A stretch of DNA of 64,000 nucleotides from a virus. The stretch lies in the IMG/VR virus record IMGVR_UViG_3300045988_129166; one strand, 5' to 3'. Under the pieces are notes generated by a model that was given only the letters and a program-made list of their open reading frames with translations, was not told the DNA's origin and made no database searches. The position numbers and the translations under genes are program-made. Each line of letters opens with the position of its first letter. Position 1 is the first letter of the stretch. Below are positions 17,915-26,766 of the stretch, in pieces.

Positions 17915-18517
17915 ATGAGACTAACAGTAGAAGAAAACGAATACCTGATAAGTAAGTTCCTTTTGGTTCTTACTGAGTTTGCAGGAGATGAAAGAGAGAT
18001 GTTTTTAATCAACTCCATACATGATAAGGCGGTGGCGGATATGAATTATCGTCTTCCGTCTTTAATAAGCAGAGAACGTAAAAGACGAGTTATTGAGCTC
18101 CTTAAAGAAGGAACCAGAATAATCAAGGACTTTTCCGGCTATGCAGGTGATATGGGTATGATTAACGAATACGATCGCCTAAAGAAAGAAATAGGAACCG
18201 TCCAAGACCAGCTTGGTGACGTAGAAGGTCAACTTCGGGCAGCAGGAGAAGTTATTAAAAAAGAACTTGATATGATTGCTGACCGAATCAAAGAAGATCT
18301 TCTTGATCGAGAACTGGCTAAAAGTAATGCCGAGGCTGAAAGAAAAGCCAAAGTAGATCCGAGATACGAAGTAGCTTTAGGTGATTACAAGGAGATGCTG
18401 GAAGTGATTTTTACAACCAGAAACAAGTATTCTACGGTAGATTCTGTACATGACGATCTTCGACAGTCGGTATCTACCGGTAGAAATTCGATTATTAAAG
18501 AAGGGTACAACAGTTAA
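17915..18517 (+). CDS. Coiled-coil hypothetical protein (start trimmed to the in-frame ATG at 17915)
   Basis: Track ORF 17762..18517 overlaps the DnaB-like gene by 138 nt; the first ATG lies after the upstream stop. Confidence 0.65.
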   Translation: MRLTVEENEYLISKFLLVLTEFAGDEREMFLINSIHDKAVADMNYRLPSLISRERKRRVIELLKEGTRIIKDFSGYAGDMGMINEYDRLKKEIGTVQDQLGDVEGQLRAAGEVIKKELDMIADRIKEDLLDRELAKSNAEAERKAKVDPRYEVALGDYKEMLEVIFTTRNKYSTVDSVHDDLRQSVSTGRNSIIKEGYNS

Positions 18518-18532
18518 AAACAAGGAGGGAAT

Positions 18533-18730
18533 ATGGAAAAGAAGGAATTTAAAGTAGGAGAAGTATTTGCTGCCGGACTTGTAAGATTAAAATGTGTGGA
18601 AGGTGATACATGCGATAGGTGTATATTTGAAAAATACTATTATTGTTCATGTACAGACATGATTATTGGTCCATGTAAACATATTGATAGACAAGATAAC
18701 AAGAATGTTATTTTCATTAAAGCTGATTAG
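18533..18730 (+). CDS. Small Cys-rich protein (CDRCIF-motif family, paralog of 156..416)
   Basis: AAGGAGGGA SD upstream; KCVEGDTCDRCIFEKYYYCSC. Confidence 0.6.
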   Translation: MEKKEFKVGEVFAAGLVRLKCVEGDTCDRCIFEKYYYCSCTDMIIGPCKHIDRQDNKNVIFIKAD

Positions 18731-18732
18731 GT

Positions 18733-19446
18733 ATGTACATCAATTTCAGACAACTTGCAGCATCAGACATGACTCCTAATGATCTGGCTAATCTTCTTGC
18801 CATAAGACAGAAGGATTCGGTTATGATCGAAGCCATGCCGGAGGAAGATGCTGGGAGGTATATAGAGCTTGGCCTGGTTGAGAAATTAAAATCAGGCGTG
18901 ATGAGATTGACCAACAAAGGAACGTCTTTTGTGAATTATATAGAGACACCGGAAATGACGGACGAGGTCCTGGAAACGTTGAAGATTATGATAGGAATGT
19001 ACGAATCATATTCAAAAGACATAGGTGTCAGTAGAAAAGAAGCGGAATCCAGATTGTGTTGGTTTATGGGTAACACCTCATTCAAGAAAGAGGTCATACT
19101 TCAGGTAACGGAATCTTATATAGCAGAGTCAGGAGATTATACAATGAGCTTATGTAACTTCATATGGAAACCGCCTTCTCAGGCTTTTTCAGTTCATATG
19201 AACCTTAAAAATTCAAAGCTCTTTGACTTAATAGCTGAAAAATTTAAGATCGCTACCGAGCCTTATTTGGAGTCTAAGAAGAATAAGGAAATGGATTGGT
19301 TGTTTGCCGTATCTAAATTGCCTACGCCGCCGGCTAAAGGCAATCCGGATTATTTGTTTACCGGAAGTTCTGAAACAGACAAAGAGCGATTGAAAAACAT
19401 AAAAACGTATTTGTTTAACAAAATTAGAAAGCAATGGAAAAAGTAA
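18733..19446 (+). CDS. Hypothetical protein (237 aa), first gene of the ACP/NfeD/flotillin operon
   Basis: ORF translationally coupled to the ACP-like gene (13-nt overlap). Confidence 0.7.
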   Translation: MYINFRQLAASDMTPNDLANLLAIRQKDSVMIEAMPEEDAGRYIELGLVEKLKSGVMRLTNKGTSFVNYIETPEMTDEVLETLKIMIGMYESYSKDIGVSRKEAESRLCWFMGNTSFKKEVILQVTESYIAESGDYTMSLCNFIWKPPSQAFSVHMNLKNSKLFDLIAEKFKIATEPYLESKKNKEMDWLFAVSKLPTPPAKGNPDYLFTGSSETDKERLKNIKTYLFNKIRKQWKK

Positions 19447-19685
19447 GAATCAGAAAGATAATAGAGGATATAATTATTACTCAGTTTCTTAATTCAGAAA
19501 TAGATATAGTTCATGAAGAAGATGTGTCGTTTAAAGAACTTGGATTAGATTCTGTTGATCAAATTGAACTGGAAGTGATGGTGGAACAAAAATTCAATAT
19601 TGTTATTATTGATTATGATATGGAGACCATCAAAGATATGACTGATCTTGTTTACAAAATAATAACAGAAGGATATGGGAAGTGA
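19434..19685 (+). CDS. Acyl carrier protein-like protein
   Basis: FKELGLDSVDQIELEVMVEQKFNI aligns with E. coli ACP [25 protein letters not shown], including the phosphopantetheine Ser in DS(L/V)D. Confidence 0.7.
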   Translation: MEKVRIRKIIEDIIITQFLNSEIDIVHEEDVSFKELGLDSVDQIELEVMVEQKFNIVIIDYDMETIKDMTDLVYKIITEGYGK

Positions 19686-20169
19686 CATAATTTTATGCAT
19701 GGCTTTAATAGCATCATTTGCTTTTGTTATACAGTTTTTGTTGTCGATATTAGGATCTGATCTGGATACGGATATTGACATTGACAGTGCTTCTGATTTA
19801 AGCATGTCTTTGTCGGACATCATATCATTCAAGGGCATAACACATTTTATTCTTGGATATAGCTGGACTACCTACTTTTCGGGTTCCCATTTAGTAGGGG
19901 TTGTGATAGGGTCGTTTTTCTTTATCGTTTTGTTTTACGTATATAAGTTACTTCTTAAGTTAAAACAAGAAATGGTGTACGAATGTCCGGAAGATTTAAA
20001 CGGAAAAGAAGTGGAGATAGTATTTAGATCAGGGAAGAATCATTATATGGTAAATATTTCGAAAAATGGAAGACAAGAGCAAATGAGAGTAAGATGCTTG
20101 TCTGGAAAAACCTACAAAAACGGCGACAAGGCGAATATAAAATATGAAGAAGGAGAATTAAGTATCTAA
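19675..20169 (+). CDS. NfeD/YqiJ-like membrane protein (TM N-terminus plus C-terminal OB-fold-like region)
   Basis: Hydrophobic N-terminal segments; C-terminal GKEVEIVFRSGKNHYMVNI; located immediately upstream of the flotillin gene, as in yqiJK / nfeD-floT operons. Confidence 0.6.
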   Translation: MGSDIILCMALIASFAFVIQFLLSILGSDLDTDIDIDSASDLSMSLSDIISFKGITHFILGYSWTTYFSGSHLVGVVIGSFFFIVLFYVYKLLLKLKQEMVYECPEDLNGKEVEIVFRSGKNHYMVNISKNGRQEQMRVRCLSGKTYKNGDKANIKYEEGELSI

Positions 20170-20200
20170 TTTTTTTATCAACAATTAAATTTTAAAAGTT

Positions 20201-21901
20201 ATGACAACAATCATGTACGTGTCAGCTATCTTAGCTGTAGTGATTATTTTGACAATCATCGGAGTCTTATCAAGGTATCGTAGATGTAAGCCTAATCAGG
20301 TCTTGGTCGTTTACGGTAAGACAGGTGGGGAAAAGAAGTCGGCGAAATTATATCATGGTGGAGCGGCATTCGTCTTGCCTATTATTCAAAGCTATGATGT
20401 TTTGTCAATGGAGCCTATGCAAATAGATTGCAAGCTTACCGGTGCTTTGTCATCTCAGAATATTAGAGTAGATGTACCTACGACCATTACAGTAGCTATC
20501 AGTACAAATCCCGAAATCATGCAAAATGCGGCAGAAAGACTTTTGGGGATGGATACCGAATCTACTGAAAATCTTATTACGGACATCGTTTACGGTCAGA
20601 TGCGTTTGATTATTGCTGAAATGACAATCGAAAAACTTAATTCTGACAGGGATGAGTTTTTGGATAAGGCAAGAAAGAACATTGATAACGAGCTTAACAA
20701 GTTAGGTCTTTACCTCCTGAACATCAACATCAGTGACATCAGAGACGAAGCAGGTTATATTATGAACCTTGGTAAGGAGGCTGAAAGTAGGGCTCTGAAC
20801 GAAGCACAAGCTAATATCGAAGAGCAGGAGAAGCTGGGTGCTATTAAGATTGCTGTACAGCAGAAGGAGAAAGAAACGGCTGTGGCTAATACCAAAAAAG
20901 AACAAGAGATTCAAATTGCTTGTACTGAAAAAGAAAAGGAAACGATAGTAGCTGAAACGAAGAAAGAAAAAGAAATAGCCTTGGCTTTAACCGATAAAGA
21001 GAAACAGATCGGCGTAGCTCAAGCAGATAGAGACAGGGCTGCGGTTATCGCAAAAACTTTAACCGACAAGGAATCGGCGATTGTAAGATCTAAGGCAGAA
21101 CTTGAAGTAAATAAAGCCGAGGCTGAAAGGATGGAAGAAGTCGGAAAGAATAAGGCTGAAGCTGACAAGGAAGCAGCTATAGCAATACAAGACTCTGAAG
21201 CTCAGATTAAGAAGGCTGAGGCTGAGAAAAATGCGTCTATAGGATACAACAATGCCCAGAAGGAGGTTGCTGTGTCAGTATCAGAACTACAGATTATCAA
21301 AGCTCAATCAGAAAAGAAGGCCGGAGAAGAAAAAGTTAAATCGGAAGCGGCTGTAAAAACGGCAAAAGAGCTTGCTGATAAAGAAGTGGAAGAAGCTAAG
21401 GCTAAGAAAGTTCAGGCTGCGCTTAAGGCTGAAAAGATTGTGCCGGCTGAAACCCAGAAGGAAGAGGCTATCTTACAAGCTGATGCCGAGGCCGAGAAGA
21501 TCAAACGCCGGGCTGAGGCTGAGGCAGCAGCACATTTGGCAAAAGCTGAGGCAGAGGCAAAAGCTATTCAGATGAAGCTGGAGGCAGAAGCCGAAGGTAA
21601 GAAAAAGTCGTTAATGGCAGAAGCCGACGGATTTAAGGCTATGGTGGAAGCAGCAGAATCCAATCCCCAGATCGCCATCCAGTACAAGATGGTTAATCAG
21701 TGGAAAGAAATTGCTGGAGAACAGGTTAAGGCGTTCGAGCACATCAATCTCGGAAATATCACGGTATTTGACGGTGGTCAAAACAGCACCGGTAATTTCC
21801 TTAACAATGTTGTTAAGGCCGTTGCTCCAGCGCTGGGAGTCATTGATCAGCTTCCGATTGCAGATACTTTAAAGAAGTTAAAAGGAGATGACAAAAAATA
21901 A
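20201..21901 (+). CDS. Flotillin-like SPFH/band-7 protein (YqiK/FloT-like) with long Ala/Glu/Lys-rich coiled-coil
   Basis: N-terminal TM; GGAAFVLPIIQSYDVLSMEPMQID matches FloT GGGTFVLPVFQQAEPLSL and YqiK GGALVLPVLHEIIPVNM; repetitive EAEAKA coiled-coil region. Confidence 0.85.
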   Translation: MTTIMYVSAILAVVIILTIIGVLSRYRRCKPNQVLVVYGKTGGEKKSAKLYHGGAAFVLPIIQSYDVLSMEPMQIDCKLTGALSSQNIRVDVPTTITVAISTNPEIMQNAAERLLGMDTESTENLITDIVYGQMRLIIAEMTIEKLNSDRDEFLDKARKNIDNELNKLGLYLLNINISDIRDEAGYIMNLGKEAESRALNEAQANIEEQEKLGAIKIAVQQKEKETAVANTKKEQEIQIACTEKEKETIVAETKKEKEIALALTDKEKQIGVAQADRDRAAVIAKTLTDKESAIVRSKAELEVNKAEAERMEEVGKNKAEADKEAAIAIQDSEAQIKKAEAEKNASIGYNNAQKEVAVSVSELQIIKAQSEKKAGEEKVKSEAAVKTAKELADKEVEEAKAKKVQAALKAEKIVPAETQKEEAILQADAEAEKIKRRAEAEAAAHLAKAEAEAKAIQMKLEAEAEGKKKSLMAEADGFKAMVEAAESNPQIAIQYKMVNQWKEIAGEQVKAFEHINLGNITVFDGGQNSTGNFLNNVVKAVAPALGVIDQLPIADTLKKLKGDDKK

Positions 21902-22118
21902 ATACAATGGCCCAAGGTTACACTTGGGCCTAATTGAAGAAATAAAAGCAGCATTTATAGATTTTATTCCAGCAGAAATAGTGATTTTTAGTGCTTTATT
22001 GATTAATATGTTTTTAATATGGATTTTGGGCAAGATTTAGAACCAGAAGAACTGACAGGACATTATGATCAGTGTTATGGAATTGATTTTGAAACAGAAG
22101 AAGAGGAGGATGAAGAAT

Positions 22119-22424
22119 ATGACTGACGAAGAATTTGCATTGGATAATAAGAAAAAGGTTGTTGTAAGAAAAAGAATATCTTATTTAAACAAAGGGGATA
22201 AAGTATGGATCGTGTCTTCCGACGGGTATCTGCTACACACGGACGTAGTTAGAGCCGAACGCGGACGGTCTTATGTGGATATAGACGGCATCCTGTATTG
22301 GAAGCGAGGATTAGATGGCAAGCATCGTAATCGTAATAACTACATGCAGTTTGCCATGACACCAGAAGACGGTAAGAAGTATGTCGTATATTACCCGGAA
22401 GGATTTAAAGACAATGACTTATGA
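22119..22424 (+). CDS. Hypothetical protein (start trimmed to ATG 22119 with AGGAGGA SD)
   Basis: GAGGAGGA sits 7 nt upstream of the in-frame ATG. Confidence 0.6.
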   Translation: MTDEEFALDNKKKVVVRKRISYLNKGDKVWIVSSDGYLLHTDVVRAERGRSYVDIDGILYWKRGLDGKHRNRNNYMQFAMTPEDGKKYVVYYPEGFKDNDL

Positions 22425-23440
22425 TGGTCCCGGAAACGCATTTGCTATATAAGGAGTTTAATGGCGTGAAACGTCTTGCCATTTCCTATTCCCAGATAGA
22501 TACGTTTCTTACTTGTCCAATGAAATGGTATAAGACTTATGTGGAAGGTAAAAGATCTACGGAAAAACAAGAAGCTACGTCTTATGGTACGGTTATTCAT
22601 AAGACACTGGAATACTTCTTCAAGAACGGAAGACAGCCTTCTGGTAAAGACCTTGGAGAAGCGATAAGTTACTATGCTTACCAAGAAGACATACCTTGGC
22701 AATCACCGGAAAATATGATGATAGCCATGAAGCAATCCGGGGAGCTTCTTGCTTGGATTGTGGATCTATTTAAAAAAGACGGCAATAGGTTTATGATAGC
22801 TGATAGTGATCTTAATCCCTGCGAGAAACTTATCAGGCACGGCGCCATAGTTGGAGTCGAAGAAGATTTTGTGCTGCCGTACCGTCTTCCTAAGCCTGTT
22901 GATATAAATGGGGTAATTCATACCCATGTGTACATAGTAGGATCAGTGGATCTTCATCTGGCTATAAAAAGCAAGAACGTAGTTCACCATTATGTCATAG
23001 ATTGGAAATCAGGGAATAAGGTTTTTGACTCTAAGAAGCTGGAAACGAATTTACAGCATCCTATATATTCATTTTACATCTATAGAAAATATGGTGGAGT
23101 TCTGCCAGATATGAACATCTATTTCTTTACCAGAACCAGGCAGTACCAAAAGGTTAAGGTAAATGAAGAGCGTAAAACAAAATCTATAGAAATGCTAAAT
23201 GACACTTTATCTAAAATGTATGATTTTGAAGATAATAGTGTAAAAACATTTCAGGCATACATCCAGGGAGCAGAAGGAGCCAGATATAGCAAGCGGCGTG
23301 CCACCCTAAGCCAACCTGTTTCGCAAAACAAGCTACCCTGCCCGTCGGCACTGTGTTATTATTGTGACTTTGGATTACATAACAAAAACGAATGCCCTTT
23401 CTCTTCGGATTGGGATCCGTCTAAAAAGATAAAGCGATGA
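22421..23440 (+). CDS. Cas4-like / RecB-family PD-(D/E)XK exonuclease with 1+3 Cys cluster
   Basis: N-terminal SYSQIDTFLTCPMKWY; motif III HHYVIDWKSG; C-terminal CYYCDFGLHNKNEC; Cys arrangement matches Cas4/AddB Fe-S nucleases. Confidence 0.8.
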   Translation: MMVPETHLLYKEFNGVKRLAISYSQIDTFLTCPMKWYKTYVEGKRSTEKQEATSYGTVIHKTLEYFFKNGRQPSGKDLGEAISYYAYQEDIPWQSPENMMIAMKQSGELLAWIVDLFKKDGNRFMIADSDLNPCEKLIRHGAIVGVEEDFVLPYRLPKPVDINGVIHTHVYIVGSVDLHLAIKSKNVVHHYVIDWKSGNKVFDSKKLETNLQHPIYSFYIYRKYGGVLPDMNIYFFTRTRQYQKVKVNEERKTKSIEMLNDTLSKMYDFEDNSVKTFQAYIQGAEGARYSKRRATLSQPVSQNKLPCPSALCYYCDFGLHNKNECPFSSDWDPSKKIKR

Positions 23441-23610
23441 AATACGAGGATGTTCAAAAGTTAAGAACAAAATACCGGCAAGATCCGGAAGTTATAAACG
23501 TAGAATACATGAGAGATGTTGCTGTAAGATGCGGGAATTTCAAGAAAGCGTTTGAGCTTCAGGAAAGACTGGAGGATATATGGTTTAACTACTTAAAGGG
23601 AGTCCAATGA
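23437..23610 (+). CDS. Candidate small ORF (57 aa)
   Basis: ATGA overlap with the stop of the nuclease gene and with the start of the next gene; below track cutoff. Confidence 0.45.
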   Translation: MKYEDVQKLRTKYRQDPEVINVEYMRDVAVRCGNFKKAFELQERLEDIWFNYLKGVQ

Positions 23611-23930
23611 AAGAAGATCTAACATGTGGAGTAGCGATCCTTTTGTATTTAGTTTTATTATACTTACTCACGACAGCTTTCATAAAAACAGGTAGAGCAG
23701 TAGATCGTTATAAGATGAAGAAGAAAACTGACAAAATCAAAGTAGGTCAAAGATACGAACATAAGAGCTACTTTGATGATCCATTTGAAAGAGGCAAGCA
23801 TGTGATTAAGATATTAGACATAAAAGAAGGGTACGCTCTATATGAGTACGAAGAAAAACTATATATACGTTCTTCTGTGAGTCTTGAAGATATTGCTAAA
23901 ATATATGTTTTAATTACTGATATAAAATAA
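23607..23930 (+). CDS. Hypothetical protein with N-terminal TM segment
   Basis: 107 aa; AILLYLVLLYLLTTAF hydrophobic stretch. Confidence 0.6.
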   Translation: MKEDLTCGVAILLYLVLLYLLTTAFIKTGRAVDRYKMKKKTDKIKVGQRYEHKSYFDDPFERGKHVIKILDIKEGYALYEYEEKLYIRSSVSLEDIAKIYVLITDIK

Positions 23931-23936
23931 GGGATT

Positions 23937-24323
23937 ATGGAAAAGAAAGTTACAATCAAAGAAGGAATGGATATTTTTTACAAAAATGCAGGGAAAGGTA
24001 TATGGGTCTATATTGGACTTTTTGGAAATAAAGTACTATCCATTTTAAAAAACAAAGGTGTTATTGCATGCGAAAACGATGCTGAATATTGCGTGTTGAT
24101 GGATGGAGAAGATCATTTTATAAGTATAGCAAAAGACATGAGTCACGACTATTGTTGTGAGTACGTTGTAGAAAGAGCAGAAGCCTACAGAGACTACCCC
24201 TCCAAAGGTGCTACGTGCAGTGTATGCCTGTTTGAAGATAATGAGAATAAAGCAAGGGAGATGTTGAAAGAGGCGATAATAGAACTTTCAAAAAATAATA
24301 TAATAGATTGTGATGGGCTTTGA
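23937..24323 (+). CDS. Hypothetical protein
   Basis: 128-aa ORF. Confidence 0.6.
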   Translation: MEKKVTIKEGMDIFYKNAGKGIWVYIGLFGNKVLSILKNKGVIACENDAEYCVLMDGEDHFISIAKDMSHDYCCEYVVERAEAYRDYPSKGATCSVCLFEDNENKAREMLKEAIIELSKNNIIDCDGL

Positions 24324-26766
24324 ACTTAGACCTTACCAGAAAGAGGCAGTAGATGCCGGGCTTAAGTTTCTTACAGGAAGATCTAAGAAGCCTGGCATAA
24401 TCGTAGCTCCATGCGGATGTCATGCAAAAGGATACGGAATACTCATGTATGACGGGACAATAAAGAAAGTGGAGGATATTGTAGTTGGAGATAGGGTAAT
24501 GGGTGATGATGGAACCCCAAGAACTGTCCTGGAATTGCATAATGGAATAGATGACATGTATGAAATAAGACCTTTAAAAGGGAAGCCTTTTATCGTGAAT
24601 AAAGGCCATATAATGTCAATGTATAGATTAAAAGATAAACGAAAAGATGGTCCATCTATAGAAGAAGTAAGCATCGGGGAGTATATAAAATTTGCTCCTT
24701 ATCATAAGACGATTCTTAAGCTTAGAAGACCAAACGGTTTCGATTTTGAGGAATCTAAAAAGAATATGCCGTTAGATCCTTATTTTTTGGGATTGTGCCT
24801 TGGAGATGGCAGTATCACCTCCAGTCTTAGCATAACTACTCAACGACAAGAAATAGTAGAATATTTATATTCGTTTGTTAAGCAGTACAATATGTATATA
24901 AGAGTAGCAGAGAAGAAAGGAACTAACAATAAGTCAAAATCTTATTTTTTATCAAAAGGATGTGGAAGAGGTGGGAACCCTATAATAAATGCTATTAAAG
25001 ATATAGGATTATACAATAGAAAATCTGGTGATAAATTTATACCAATACAATATCTTACATCAAATAAAGAAAACAGATATAAACTATTAGCTGGATTTCT
25101 TGACACAGATGCTTATTATAATAAATCAGGAAAAGGGTATGAGTATTGCAGTAAATCTGAAACAATGATGAAACAATTTGTTTTATTGTGTAGAAGTTTA
25201 GGATTGTTATGTTCAGGATACTCATGTAAACTTGTTGATGGTGTAAAATATTATAGAACTGGAATATATGGAAATTTAGAGAATATACCCGTAAGGGTTG
25301 GTATAAGAAAAGGAGCCAATAGGATAATAAATAAAAATCCATATGTTGTTGGCTTCAAGGTAGAATATGTAGGAAAAGGAGAATATTATGGTTTTACAAC
25401 AGATGGGAATCATTTATATTTGGATGAGCAATGCTTTATTCATCATAATTCGGGAAAATCTTTAATAATATCCAAGATAGCACATGAAATAAATAGACCG
25501 ACATTAGTATTACAGCCCTCAAAAGAGATTCTGGAGCAGAATTATGCAAAGGCCGTATCATTCGGTTCTAAACCTACTATATATTCTGCTTCATGTGGTA
25601 TAAAGGAACTATCGGCTATGACTTATGCTACACTTAAAAGCATAAAGAAAGACGTAGCAAGGTTGAAAGATATAGGGATAGACACCTTATTGGTGGACGA
25701 ATGCCACTCGGGGTATTCCCCGGAGGAAGGTTCTGAATTTATGGAGTTTATGAGCGAGTTTCCCGAGGCGAAGGTACTGGGCTTCACCGCCACTCCCTGC
25801 CGCCTCCGAACCTACAGTTCCATGCTGGAAGGAAATTATAGCAAGCTCAATATGCTGACGAAAGACGAGCATAACTTCTTCAAGAAAATAGTTCATGTGA
25901 CTCAAATACAAGAACTAACCTCTCAAGGGTTTTGGTGTCCACTTAAGTACGAACGATGGTCGTTTGATGAATCGGCTCTGATGTTAAACAGTACCGGAGC
26001 CGAATACACCAACGAATCTATTAAAGAAAGTATTGTACGAAACGGCTTAAACAACTCTATCTACAAGCGCCTTCTTCAACTTATGAACGAGCGTAAAGCC
26101 ATTTTGGTTTGCATGGATTCTATCGAATCATGTAATAGAATATCAGAGTTCATGAATGCCAGGATGGGAGCCATAACCGGTGTCGTAACATCGCTAACAA
26201 CCAAAAAGAAAAGAGAGCAAATCATATCCGATTTCAAAGAAGGTAAGTTGAAGGTGGTTTTTAATTATTCAACGCTTGCTACCGGATTTGATTTTCCTGA
26301 ACTTGATTGTGTGATGTTTGGTCGACCAACTTTCTCATATTCAACTTATTACCAAATATTAGGCCGCGCCGTCCGCATCCATCCTGACAAGAAAGAGGCG
26401 CTGATAGTTGATTGCTGCGACAACATGAGACGCTTTGGTCGGATAGAAGACCTGACAATCGAGCAATTCCCTTCTAAGGGCTGGTGTATGTTTGCCGGCG
26501 ATCAACTTTTGTCTAATATAAGGATGGGTGATATTATTACCAAAGACGAGATCCTTCGTCGGGCAGCCTCGCTTAAATCTGTGAATAGAGATGGTAGGAG
26601 AGAAGACGATCTTGACAGCATAATAATGTGGTTTGGAAAATATGAAGGAATTAGATTCAAGGACATACCAGTGTCGTATTTTAGGTTCTTGGCTGAGAAT
26701 ATGGCAGTAAAACCAGGAGACAGGAAAGAAAAGATTATCGAATATTATAATAGAATAAAAGCATGA
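24310..26766 (+). CDS. SF2 DEAH-type DNA/RNA helicase containing an intein in motif I
   Basis: Motif I is split as APCG | intein | SGKS; motif II LVDECH; motif III TATP; motif VI QILGRAVR. Confidence 0.9.
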   Translation: MMGFELRPYQKEAVDAGLKFLTGRSKKPGIIVAPCGCHAKGYGILMYDGTIKKVEDIVVGDRVMGDDGTPRTVLELHNGIDDMYEIRPLKGKPFIVNKGHIMSMYRLKDKRKDGPSIEEVSIGEYIKFAPYHKTILKLRRPNGFDFEESKKNMPLDPYFLGLCLGDGSITSSLSITTQRQEIVEYLYSFVKQYNMYIRVAEKKGTNNKSKSYFLSKGCGRGGNPIINAIKDIGLYNRKSGDKFIPIQYLTSNKENRYKLLAGFLDTDAYYNKSGKGYEYCSKSETMMKQFVLLCRSLGLLCSGYSCKLVDGVKYYRTGIYGNLENIPVRVGIRKGANRIINKNPYVVGFKVEYVGKGEYYGFTTDGNHLYLDEQCFIHHNSGKSLIISKIAHEINRPTLVLQPSKEILEQNYAKAVSFGSKPTIYSASCGIKELSAMTYATLKSIKKDVARLKDIGIDTLLVDECHSGYSPEEGSEFMEFMSEFPEAKVLGFTATPCRLRTYSSMLEGNYSKLNMLTKDEHNFFKKIVHVTQIQELTSQGFWCPLKYERWSFDESALMLNSTGAEYTNESIKESIVRNGLNNSIYKRLLQLMNERKAILVCMDSIESCNRISEFMNARMGAITGVVTSLTTKKKREQIISDFKEGKLKVVFNYSTLATGFDFPELDCVMFGRPTFSYSTYYQILGRAVRIHPDKKEALIVDCCDNMRRFGRIEDLTIEQFPSKGWCMFAGDQLLSNIRMGDIITKDEILRRAASLKSVNRDGRREDDLDSIIMWFGKYEGIRFKDIPVSYFRFLAENMAVKPGDRKEKIIEYYNRIKA
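24418..25449 (+). other. Intein (344 aa) with LAGLIDADG homing-endonuclease domain
   Basis: Starts at Cys (CHAKGYGIL...) and ends ...HHN followed by Ser+1; LAGLIDADG blocks LGLCLGDGS and LAGFLDTDAY; removing it restores APCGSGKS (motif I). Confidence 0.85.

Noticed and set aside
21372-21575. Alternate-frame 67-aa Arg/Leu/Lys repeat ORF inside the flotillin gene.
   Set aside because: It is a by-product of the repetitive GCT/GAG/AAG coiled-coil coding in the true frame.
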